A program made the position numbers and the translations under genes. The notes below the pieces were generated by a model, which saw nothing but the letters and a program-made list of their open reading frames with translations, was not told the origin of the DNA and did no database searches. From the NCBI GenBank assembly GCA_951406725.2, contig OX597814.1, positions 16,058,001-16,122,000 on the forward strand: a stretch of DNA of 64,000 bases. Reading direction: 5' to 3'. How positions within the stretch are numbered: position 1 is the stretch's first letter; each line of letters starts with the position of its first letter. The DNA comes from Octopus vulgaris. Lineage: Eukaryota. Below, in pieces: positions 13,370 to 24,209 of the stretch.

Positions 13370-13990
13370 TTTTATGCTTCCCTCATGCTCCACCAGCTCC
13401 GATCAACCATTGCTCCAAATTGCTCCCCAGACCATCGCAGAATAGCTACCGTGTTTCATTGGTGGCTGCAATCTTTTCACATCAAATTCTTGATCACAGA
13501 GCCTCTAAACCCACACTCGACCACTGTCAGGAAATAGAGCAAATCTGGACTCATCAGAGAATGTAAGAGTGTCCCAAAATGCCACTAGCTTCTCCACCAT
13601 CTCACTGGTGCAATCTTTTCTCTGCTTGATGTTGGCTGGTCGAAGTATTGCCTTCCTTCTTACTGCTCTGCCATGGTAACCAAGTTTGTGGAGATACTTG
13701 ACAGCTGTTCTGGGACTGACATCAACTTGTTCTGCTATGTAAGAGGCCTTGAAACCAAGATTAACCTCCAAACTTCTCTTAGCAAAGAGAAGGGTCCTGT
13801 CAGAGGGCGAGGTGATGTGGCTGAGAGAGGAAGAACCATCAAAACCTCAGCTGATTCGCTTACTTTGGCTTATTTTGTGCCCAATTCAGTGAAAATTCAT
13901 CTCGGAAACATGGAATTCCCTGTTTGCCGACAAGGAAAAGCAATCGTCTACATACTGATCCATTTTAGACTCAACACTAACCAATGTAAG
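13370..13990 (-). pseudogene. Tc1-family transposase remnant
   Basis: ORF 13505-13771: VSPRTAVKYLHKLGYHGRAVRRKAIL...FWDTLTFSDESRFALF (second HTH and first catalytic Asp, FSDES). Confidence 0.88.
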
Positions 13991-14539
13991 GGGGATAACT
14001 TCGCCCCACCCAGATTTATTGTCAGTACAATTTCGTTCCGGTAGTTTTTGTGTAGAATCTTAACTGACCACTATCTGTTCCATACTTAGGTTGTGGAGAG
14101 GTTCTCTACCTACGGCCAACGATTCACATCAGGCACCCATACAGCTAAGAGAATTTTATATATGCAAAATTAATGGTCACTCTCTAACCGGCCATAACAA
14201 ACACCCTTTTAAGTATTACTAAAGGGTTATTATTCTAATGATGTAGTGTTCTTTGTGTCGGATATATGAAGTACTGAGTATACACACACACACACACACA
14301 CTCTCTCTCTCTCATACGCCCATCTATGTGTATGTTTCTGCGTGTAACTTTGTATAGCACGTATGTTTAGCACATGATAAACAAGCTAGAATGATGAATG
14401 AATATGAAATAATTCATTGCAAAGATTGAAATAATACTTACATTAATTTTTTAAAGATGAAGGCATACACATCGGATTAAATATAAATGAGCAATGCATA
14501 CACATTCTCACACATGCACACACACACACTTGAATGTAT

Positions 14540-14840
14540 TTGGCTCTGTGATTTGAGCATCGAGCTTTACAATCGTAAGGTTGCAAGTTCGATCCCTAGA
14601 TCGGGCTGTGTTTTGTAGTTTTTAGCAAGGCGCCTTATTTCACGTTGCTCCAATTCACTCAGCTGTAGAAATGCTTTGCGGCGTCACTGGTTTCAGCCTT
14701 TGCTTTTCCCTGGGACAACATCAGCGGCATGGATAAGTGAGTTGGTAAGCGTATGTGACTGCTGGTCTTCCACTAAACAACCTTGCCCTGTCTTGTGCCA
14801 CAGAAGGGAAATATCTAGGTGGAATCTCATGGTCTTTACA
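14540..14840 (+). mobile_element. Old tRNA-derived SINE, head D/CORE-like, with a distinct tail
   Basis: B-box AGTTCGATCCC; core CTTATTTCACGTTGCTCCAATTCACTCAGCTG matches the copy at 26478. Confidence 0.7.
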
Positions 14841-15153
14841 CTTCGCACACATATATGTTTACCTATTTTTTTTAAAGATTCTTGATGTGAAATCGTGTGT
14901 TTAATAAAATATTTTTTACGTAGATCGTCATTTTGCCAATAGTCACAAGCGCTAAGTATTTAATCCTCATTTTTGCTATTTTAGTATTATTAGTTTATTT
15001 GTAACAGTGCTTTCATCACACACTCTGTCACCTCTTCAACAACTTTCGTTTACTTGTGTCTCTTGTCTCTGGTCTTGTTCTGCCTATTCCCTTTTATCAT
15101 TCTGTGCTACATATCGCTTAGCTGCATATTCGTTTACATCTGTATCTTGGTGT

Positions 15154-15539
15154 AGAGGCGCAATGGCCCAGTGGTTAGAGCAGCGGACTCGCGGTCGTAG
15201 GATCGCGGTTTCGATTCCCAGACCGGGCGTTGTGAGTGTTTATTGAGCGAAAAACACCTAAAGCTCCACGAGGCTCCGGCAGGGATGGTGGTGATCCCTG
15301 CTATACTCTTTCACCACAACTTTCTCTCACTCTTACTTCCTGTTTCTGTTGTACCTGTATTTCAAAGGGCCGGCCTTGTCACTCTCTGTGTCACGCTGAA
15401 TATCCCCGAGAACTACGTTAAGGGTACACGTGTCTGTGGAGTGCTCAGCCACTTACACGTTAATTTCACGAGCAGGCTGTTCCGTTGATCGGATCAACCG
15501 GAACCCTCGTCGTCGTAACCGACGGAGTGCTTCCATTCC
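15154..15539 (+). mobile_element. SINE family A
   Basis: Full length; TSD atcttggtgt at 15144-15153 and 15540-15549. Confidence 0.94.
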
Positions 15540-15859
15540 ATCTTGGTGTGTGTGTTTATGTGTTTGATATGTGTATTTCTTGTCTGCGTTTAGTTGGCTT
15601 TGAATATTAGACAATTTGTACCCTATTATTTATATATTTTATTGTTTTTAGTTGTTAAGTAATGCATTAATATTTATATATACTCTCTGTCTGTCTGTCT
15701 GTCTCTCTCTATTACACATGCACACATGCGCGCGCACACACACATATATGTATGCATGTATATATAAGGTGCAAAGATATTTCAAAACAATTGAAATACA
15801 TTTTCTACGATGCATTAATGATATAGCCTGTCCGATACCTAATATTACTGATATTGGTT

Positions 15860-16065
15860 TCTAATTTTGGCACATGGCTAGAAGCTCTGGGAGAGGGATA
15901 AGCCGATCCAATCCATCCCAGTGTTCTACTGGTATTTAGTCTATTGACTCCGAAAGGATGATAGGAAAGGTCGCCCTCAGCGGAATTTCAACACAGAACG
16001 TAAAGACAGACGGAATGCCGCTAAGCATTTACCTGGTGTGCTAATGATTCTGCCAGGTCGCCCTT
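15860..16065 (-). mobile_element. Diverged SINE family C (Nin/Deu-domain-like)
   Basis: Reverse complement resembles 45385-45613 (ccgaaaggatga...gcggaattt...gctaagcattt...ctgccag). Confidence 0.75.
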
Positions 16066-17075
16066 AATATGACTATGATATTGTTTGGGAATCACATTAG
16101 CATTGCCATGGGAAATAAATTTAGGAAAAAAAAGATAAAAATTGACAAATATTTAGCAGTACTTAATACTTGTTGAAAACGATTGATTATTTCGCTTCCT
16201 ACAGTTCTTTTTAAAAACGTGAAGTTTTCTTAAAGAAATCAGTAAGGTACTGAGGATAAAATTTTCCTTATATATGTTATCTATTCTCAATTTATTGTCC
16301 ACAAAACTGACCGATGCTTACTCAGATCAGAACTCACAACTCGAAGGTTGACATCGCAGTGTGGCTACATCATCTTTCAAAAAGCAAAATAATGCTGAAG
16401 CGTAGAAAATAAATACAGGCGGTTTACAAGTTTTCTGACAACAAAATAATAGGCATATGTATAAAACATTGAATTTTTCTATGCAATGCTTTCTATATAC
16501 TGCCAAAATAATATCTGATTACTTCACATATAGAATGCTCATTATATTCCGAATCATGAATCTCATTAAGCCAAAAAAAGCATCGTGTAATCTCGTTTTC
16601 CGTCGAATCGAATGAATTCCGAACGAAATACATGGTTTGTTTTTAAATAATATATTTAAAAAAATACTTTTGCAAACATGGGATCTGTCTGTAAATTATT
16701 CTAGAAATTTAATGGATTTTAAATGTATGTCTCATGCGAAAAAAATATTTCATATAATGGTCAGGAGATGTTCAGTAGAAAATCAAAATTTAATTCTGCA
16801 AGTTGCAAAGGATTGAAATAATTAAATCGGAAATTACAATGTTAACATTCACGCGAACCCGGAAATTTACATTTTGCATTTCAAGATTGACTGTCATGTA
16901 GAGTTAAATATTATTGTCCACTCGTATGGACAACAGCACTAAAAATTATGCGTGATTATTCATTCAGTTGAGTATATGCATGTATATAATTTATTATTTG
17001 TCAACAAATTTAAAGTTAAACCTCTCAAGAAAAAATATGTTGCCCTAATTTGACGTACATGCAGTAGTATTTTGC

Positions 17076-17130
<55 letters not shown>

Positions 17131-17241
17131 GTGTGTGTGTGTGTGCGTGTGTGCGTGCGTGTGTGTGTGTATGTGTGTGCATGTGTCTATGTGTGTGTAT
17201 GTATTTATGTATATCTATGTATATATATATATATATATATT

Positions 17242-17314
<73 letters not shown>

Positions 17315-17380
17315 GCATACATGCATATCTTTCTATCTATACACACACATATATTTATGCGTGTATATATGTATATATAC

Positions 17381-17492
17381 TTATTACAAATTTGGGATTT
17401 TTATTAGATAAAACTTTATATATGTATTCCATGCAATAAGGTTATCCTGAAATAGGAGTTGCAGTTCTGTTGGTAAAATCCCAAATCTGTCA

Positions 17493-17496
<4 letters not shown>
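17381..17496. repeat. Short inverted-repeat element embedded in (TA)n
   Basis: ttattacaaatttgggatttt vs aaaatcccaaatctgtcataa, about 21 bp with 2 mismatches. Confidence 0.6.
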
Positions 17497-17571
<75 letters not shown>

Positions 17572-18286
17572 CAGAGATGAGATCTAGAGACTCTCAGTAT
17601 AAAAGACACTTAGTAGTGCTCAAAAATTCAAACTTAGATTCCAGTGAATTTACAGGGGACCAATTCCACAGGTCAAGAATGACTATAAAAAGGACTACCG
17701 AGCAGATATAGAGGCAGTTATGTGGATAAACAAATTAGATATATTAAATATAATATAATAGTTCGGATACGTATTATAAAATATGAATATATGTATAAAT
17801 AGAAAATGAGAGAAAGCAAAAGCAAAAAGTGGAGAGTTCCAGACGATGAATATTTAAGTATAAATATATAGATATTTGTATTAATAGATCCAACTTACAA
17901 ATTTATATTAATCTACTGTACATAACATAAAGTACTATATATATCTGTATGTGTGTGTCTGTGTGTCTGTGTGTGTACTGTGAAAATGATAGAGAAAATT
18001 AAAGGAGTGGAAGAAAGGTCTTATAAGTCCAACAACTGTAGAAAATGATATCAATTCTGATGTCATACTTTTATATTTATGAGCTATTTGTTCAAAGAAT
18101 GGAGTAGTAATCTACTATATTTTACCAACACCTTACTCAGGAGAATTGATCCTATAAAGTGAAGTATCATAATCAATACTGCCGGATAAAATCTACTACA
18201 TTGTGAAAAAATTATGTTGAATTTTTCATTATCATTGAAAGTACTTTGTAAATGTACGAGTGTCATGAATGAAATATTAAGCTTGT

Positions 18287-18657
18287 GGATGGAAGGAAGC
18301 ACTTCGTCGGTTCCGACGACGAGGGTTCCGGTTGATCCGAATCAACGGAACAGCCTGCTCGTGAAATTAACGTGTAAGTGGCTGAGCACTCCACAGGCAC
18401 GTGTACCCTTAACGTAGTTCTCGGGGATATTCAGCGTGACACAGAGAGTGACAAGGTACAACAGAAACAGGAAGTAAGAGTGAGAGAAAGTTGTGGTGAA
18501 AGGGTACAGCAGGGATCACTACCATCCCCTGCCGGAGCCTCGTGGAGCTTTAGGTGTTTTCGCTCAATAAACACTCACAACGCCCGGTCTGGGAATCGAA
18601 ACCGTGATCCAACGACCGCGAGTCCGCTGCCCTAACCACTGGGCCATTGCGCCTCCA
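18287..18657 (-). mobile_element. SINE family A with ~20-bp internal deletion
   Basis: TSD attaagcttgt at 18276-18286 and 18658-18668. Confidence 0.94.
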
Positions 18658-19194
18658 ATTAAGCTTGTATCATGCTTGTGAATTGGGGTCCCTGATGTGC
18701 ATTTCTGAAGGGTTTCTGTTGATTCATTCACACTTCTCTGTTGATTGTCTGCTCTAGCGTATGCAAATTAAAAAAAAATGATAGCCACAAAGGCAGCAAA
18801 AAAGAAATACACAAACGACGAATTAACAATGGAGTCCAAAGGCTGCTAGAAATAGCAGCCAATCCCTTCTAATATTACACGCACTTTTCCTCAAATAGTA
18901 AGTGAAAATTTGCTAACATATTAAATTTATTGAAGTAAAACAGTGGCATGATCAATATACGAATAATGGTTTTGTTGCTGGATCAGTGTTGGTCTCGAGT
19001 CAAATATACTGACAATTATAATTAATAATACTGTTGCATAAATTAAAAATAAGGAAGACGGAGAGAAAACATATTCTCTTTTAGGATTTGAACACTTAGT
19101 TATGAGGAGGAAAAGTGATAGATATCTCAAACGAAGAATAGAGTACTTAAAACTACAGCGATATCACTAGGCCTTGCAGATTAAATAAAAATAG

Positions 19195-19750
19195 AAACAA
19201 GAGCATTCAGAAAGTGCAAATCTCCACCAAGCTAACACCAACGTCCTCTCAATGAATAGGCAGAAATGATTTTTAAAATAAATTCGGCTGCTCTCACAAA
19301 CAAGACTGCTAAAAATGAACCCGACCGCTCTCAAACATTAAGTGAAAATACCGGAAAAATAATCTAGAATCCTTATCTGGTATCCGATCAATTTCAACGG
19401 TAGTCATGGAATATGAAGGTGGCTGTAGAAAATTTCGTAGCAGTAATAAATAGTTTATCCTTATCAAATACAAGCCAAAGTTAACAAATTCACCATTCAA
19501 AATAGTTACACCCTAAAGGGAGATAAATAAGAAAGACTTGGAAGTTAACGTAAGATCGTAATCTTGTTAAGTAAAGTAAATATAACAGATAATTCAGAAT
19601 CCTTGTCCGGTATCAGATCGATCCCAAAATCTAATCGGTTCGTGCCAGTCACGAGGCCAAATATCCCTGAAAGTTTCATTCGAATCCATCCAGCGGACAA
19701 ACAAACAGGACTGAAAACTATACCTCAGCCATCGCTAAGCCGGAGGTAAT
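19195..19750 (+). mobile_element. Non-autonomous Helentron/HINE (DINE-1-like) element
   Basis: AAACAAG start; aagtttcattcgaatccatcc followed by acaaacaaacag; 3' hairpin-like cctcagc...ccggaggtaat; internal repeat agaatcctt.tc.ggtatc.gatc. Confidence 0.5.
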
Positions 19751-20509
19751 AAAGACATTCTAAGACTTGCTTATTATTCTTCTGAGAATATTTATGTGCA
19801 ATTTACTTAAAATGCATACAGAGTAATTGGCCATTGTATTTTAAGTCAAGCACACAATGTCGAGAAATTAGCAAAACACAAACTAGAAGTGCAACAGAGT
19901 TTCTGTTATGACTTTAAACTGGTTCGATTCTCCAGAGCTGTCTGAGCGATATGCATGAACATCTAAACTTTATTCTGTCTCCATCTAAAGGATCTTTCTC
20001 TCACGCTAAAGGAAATGCCATGTTTTAGCCCATTTAATTACATAAGTCTTTTACGATATCACCTTATTCTTCTAATACTATACATTATTTCACTAATAGT
20101 TATTTTACAAAAATGGTTACATTCGTGATCTGATCTTGGTCAGAAAAAAAATTTTATTTCAATTTTTGAATTTGCCTTTCAAGAATTTTAATCCGAAACA
20201 GTGTGCTGAAAGGAATATTGTTATAAGTAGGAACATGATTAATTAACTCTTGAAATCAGTACCTAGCACGGCTGCAGTTTAATGACTGAGACCAGTACAC
20301 ATACAGACACACAGACACACACATACACACACATACAGCTATATAGTACTTTATTTTATGTACAGTAGCTTAATATAAATAGTATAAAAGTGTTTTATCT
20401 ATAAAAGTTCGACTTTGATTTTGTTCCAAAGCACATCTGACTATTATGCTTTGTACATAATAGATAATATATTCGGTTTCTTTCTCTTAGTTTTAACTGT
20501 ATATACATA

Positions 20510-20666
20510 GGCGCAGGAGTGGCTGTGTGGTAAGTAGTGGTTCAGTCCCACTGCGTGGCATCTTGGGCAAGTGTCTTCTGCGATAGCCCCGGGCCGACCA
20601 ATGCCTTGTGAGTGGATTTGGTTGACGGAAACTGAAAGAAGCCTGTCGTATATATGTATATATATA
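20510..20666 (+). mobile_element. 5' half of SINE family B, split by the PLE insertion
   Basis: Matches 2048-2225 up to the internal TA tract; has a deletion between the A- and B-box. Confidence 0.9.
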
Positions 20667-23293
20667 ACGCATTCATAAACCGGATAAGATGGCTCGTTTT
20701 CTTCCACGAGAACGAAGATCTAAAATCGAACCGGACAACAGCATCGTCCGAATATGGCCGGCTTTTTAAAACATTGGATACGCCGCCACCCAACCCAAGA
20801 CTGAAGAAGTTTGAGGACGACTTGTGGGACATAGTTAGAAAGATTAAGTTCAGGAAGTCACCCATGAGAAATGCCCACCTCAGATACCTAGATAAAATTA
20901 CCAAGGACATTAATAGAACGGACGGAGTCCTGGTCCAGTCCGACAAGACCAGGAACACATACAAGCTACCCATTAAGCAGTACCTAGATTTACTCGGTAA
21001 AGAGATCAAGAAAAATTATAGAACAACCAATTGGAGTACCCTGAGAAAGGTAAACTTGGAAATTAAGGAAATAATGTTGACACACGGAATTCAAATGAGA
21101 ACGCAGCCGCTTAGCCCTAAGCAACCTAGATTCATAGTGAAGGACCATAAACCGAACTTCCACACCAACCCAGCGCTAAGACTCATATGCCCTGCTAGCT
21201 CTGATATCGGGATAATCAGTAAGTACATTTTAGATAAATATATCCCTAGTTTAGTAAACAAACTGAAGCTCAGCCTCTGGGCCAACTCCTCGCAGGTAGT
21301 GAAGTGGTTCTCTTCCATCCCCAATAAGAACCGTACTAGGTTCATCCAGTTTGATATCGCCAGCTTCTACCCCTCGATTAACCCTAGTGTACTAAATAAG
21401 GCCCTTTGGCATGCTCACAACAAGGCTGGCCTCACCAGAGAAGAAATAGATATCATTTTAGTTGCCAGGAAATCGTTTATTAAGTTTGATAATAAGTTGT
21501 GGATCCGTAAAGATACTCCCAATGATTTTGATGTGCCTATGGGGAGTTCGGATAGTGCGCAGATAGCCGATTTGGTCGGAATATATATTCTCTACGAATT
21601 GTCCGACCAATTCCCGGAGATCGCGGGCGGCCTGCATCGTGACGATTGTCTGTTTTACCTGCAAAACACCACGAACAGAATAGTGCAGAAAACTAAGAGC
21701 AGGTTAGCTAGGTTTTTTAATAGAGTGGGCATGAATATAGTTTTTGATAATGAACTCACCAAGGCAAATTTTCTAGACGTTACACTTAACCTTAATAGCG
21801 ACTCATACTGCCCTTACCATAAGCCTTCCACTAATTTGAAGTATGTCAGTGTCTTCTCCAATCATGCCAAAACCGTAACAGACAATTTGGTTAAAAACAT
21901 CTCTCTAAGATTGTCTGGCTTGTCCGCTAGTGCCGATATTTTTATGCAGAAAGCGGAATTTTATAACGCCGCACTATCCAAGGCCGGTTATAGGCAGAAG
22001 GTAATTTATATTGATCCGGCCCTTCCGATGCCATCATTCGGTCATCAGGATAGGGCCGTCTATAATAACATTAATAATTTAAGTAGTGACGGGAGCGCGG
22101 CGGGTGCTGGGGCAGTCGCTCCCGCATTTAATTTAGCGAACAAGGATAATTATCGGTCCGGGGGATCTCACACTAACCCAAAACCCGTTATTCATCCGAG
22201 AATCACCCACCCGAATGCGAGAGCTGGCGTCCCGACCCATCACATAAATAGGAACAAGCATATATGGTTTGTAATTCCCTTTGGTAAGCAGATTAGAACT
22301 AACCTCCCCCTCATGTTTCGACAAGCCATCGCCAATAACTTCCCCAGAAGTTCCAAATATTACTCCACGGTTAATTCGCATAAAGTTAGGATAGCTTTCT
22401 CCAACACTAAAAACCTCGCCCAGATAGTCGCCTCCCATAATAATAGGCTGCTTACTAAGACCCTACCACCTTTTTCCGGAGGCACAGCTTCTTCCGCTCC
22501 CGGTTTAACGCTCAGTAGGAATAATAATAGTAGTAATAATGATATGAGAGCCAGTACAGTGACTCATAATCCCAGCTCCAACCAGGGATTATATACTAGG
22601 GGTATAGTTACAAATAAGGGTGATGTCATTGACGGTAGCGATGGCAGTAGTGAGGTGAACGCAGCTCGGCTCGCTAGGGTAGAGAGTCCCAATAGCAACT
22701 CCAGCATCGTTTCCGGCCATAGCAGCACCACTGGCACTAGCAATGACAGCACTCTGAGTGATAGTGTAGAATCAGGGGTTATTCCGTTAGTTAATAGTGA
22801 CGTAGTGGAAAATAAAGTAGTAAGCGGCTGCAGTTCTCGCAACAAATATAGTAACAGTAACGCAGTTCTAATTTCAGAAACTAATCCTAATAGAATAAGG
22901 TTCACGTCGGTGAACTCCAAGATCAGAAACGCCGTCTACCAATGTAAGGTTTACACGGACTCAGATGTCTACTCTTATGTCGGGGCCTCATCGTCAAGAT
23001 TGTCCTCACGAATCTCCAACCATTACGCAACTTTTCGAGACGTGAATAAATGCCAGACCACGGGACTTAGCAAGCTAATTTGGCGATTGAAGAATACGAA
23101 CTCAAGCTACAGCATGGAATGGTCAATTTTGTCGGTGGCCCCCCCATTTGACAGGGGCAGAAGGAAGTGCAACCTTTGTGTCTCCGAACTCTTCCATATA
23201 TTGTTCGCCAGAGACCGGATGGTAAACGGACTTTTACAGTCGGCTTCTCGATGCCCCCACTGGCGGCGTTACACTTATCTTGCTTATAAATAA
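20654..23293 (+). CDS. PLE reverse transcriptase-GIY-YIG endonuclease polyprotein, 879 aa, uninterrupted
   Basis: SDKTRNTY, KDHKPNF, RLICPASSDIG, FDIASFYPSI, FDVPMGSSDSAQIADLVGIYIL, GLHRDDCL, NFLDVTLNL; C-terminal AVY...YVG...R...H (GIY-YIG) and CNLC..E...N...CPH. Confidence 0.93.
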   Translation: MYIYNAFINRIRWLVFFHENEDLKSNRTTASSEYGRLFKTLDTPPPNPRLKKFEDDLWDIVRKIKFRKSPMRNAHLRYLDKITKDINRTDGVLVQSDKTRNTYKLPIKQYLDLLGKEIKKNYRTTNWSTLRKVNLEIKEIMLTHGIQMRTQPLSPKQPRFIVKDHKPNFHTNPALRLICPASSDIGIISKYILDKYIPSLVNKLKLSLWANSSQVVKWFSSIPNKNRTRFIQFDIASFYPSINPSVLNKALWHAHNKAGLTREEIDIILVARKSFIKFDNKLWIRKDTPNDFDVPMGSSDSAQIADLVGIYILYELSDQFPEIAGGLHRDDCLFYLQNTTNRIVQKTKSRLARFFNRVGMNIVFDNELTKANFLDVTLNLNSDSYCPYHKPSTNLKYVSVFSNHAKTVTDNLVKNISLRLSGLSASADIFMQKAEFYNAALSKAGYRQKVIYIDPALPMPSFGHQDRAVYNNINNLSSDGSAAGAGAVAPAFNLANKDNYRSGGSHTNPKPVIHPRITHPNARAGVPTHHINRNKHIWFVIPFGKQIRTNLPLMFRQAIANNFPRSSKYYSTVNSHKVRIAFSNTKNLAQIVASHNNRLLTKTLPPFSGGTASSAPGLTLSRNNNSSNNDMRASTVTHNPSSNQGLYTRGIVTNKGDVIDGSDGSSEVNAARLARVESPNSNSSIVSGHSSTTGTSNDSTLSDSVESGVIPLVNSDVVENKVVSGCSSRNKYSNSNAVLISETNPNRIRFTSVNSKIRNAVYQCKVYTDSDVYSYVGASSSRLSSRISNHYATFRDVNKCQTTGLSKLIWRLKNTNSSYSMEWSILSVAPPFDRGRRKCNLCVSELFHILFARDRMVNGLLQSASRCPHWRRYTYLAYK

Positions 23294-24178
23294 CGCTTAT
23301 AAATAATACCTGCACCCGGTTACACTACTTATATGAAAATAGCCCTTGGAAATAAATTCTGAAAAACTTTTAGAGAAATATGATTAACCATTGCAAGGGT
23401 AATTACTCCTGGGAGAAGAATGGGGTTTTGTCTTGACGACGGGGGGTTTCTTTGACAAGGCAGTTTTAGACGAACACACGCACACATAAAAAATTTCTTT
23501 CTGCCACCCGACGGATTTTACAGCAGTGACCATTGTGTAGGGCTGTTTACCAACTGACGGCCACGTGATCAAACGCACATACGAACACATAGAACAGTAC
23601 ACACACACATGTTTCTAAGTAGATTTTGACTCGCCCCATATAATACACCTAATATTCTTTAAATAGTCAGAACTTTAGTCTCGGTCACAAAGAACATCTA
23701 AGCACCCCATGCTCCCACCCACCGGAATGACCGCTGCCTGACCCGTTAAAACCTTCAACGCACCCACCACCAGTTTTCAACATACATTGATAAACAGTTT
23801 GGCCATGGGCTCTTAGGAGCCGCATTCGATTTGTTTTGCTCCGCCTCTGTTCTGTTTTTGTTTTTTCCAACGGATTTCCTATTTCTTCCTGAAGAGAAAG
23901 ACACAATATGGTCTCCTTATTCAATCGGAATTTGGTAAATTGTGCCTTTCGAAACACGTGTAGAATGCAATAAAACGATTTCTGTTCAATCTTCGTTCAA
24001 CTCCATTTCTTCAATTCACTAATAATATTAAAATTCAATTATCCGCACCAACGCACGGTTGCAACACCATATGGTTGTACCTCCAACCGTGCTGTCTTCT
24101 GCTGTGATTTTTACTACCAAGGTATCGGTTAAACTTTTGATCAATCTGCAACAAGATTATTCATCTTTCTATTTCACA
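20667..24178 (+). mobile_element. Penelope-like retroelement (5'-truncated ORF plus ~0.9-kb 3' pseudo-LTR region)
   Basis: Higher-GC unique block bounded by (TA)n on both sides inside a SINE; RT + GIY-YIG ORF; hammerhead motif followed by AATAAA downstream. Confidence 0.9.
23886..23965 (+). ncRNA. Type I hammerhead ribozyme of the PLE
   Basis: UUC-CUGAAGA-stem II (23896-23907/23939-23950, 11 of 12 bp)-GAAA-C-ACGU-G-UA^GAA; predicted cleavage after A23962. Confidence 0.8.

Positions 24179-24209
<31 letters not shown>

Noticed and set aside
23282-23306. Tandem duplication gcttataaataa at the PLE stop codon
   Set aside because: Most simply a 13-bp slippage duplication with no effect on the ORF.
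20542-23315. Antisense ORFs overlapping the PLE ORF
   Set aside because: Short shadows of a long, higher-GC coding frame with no motifs.
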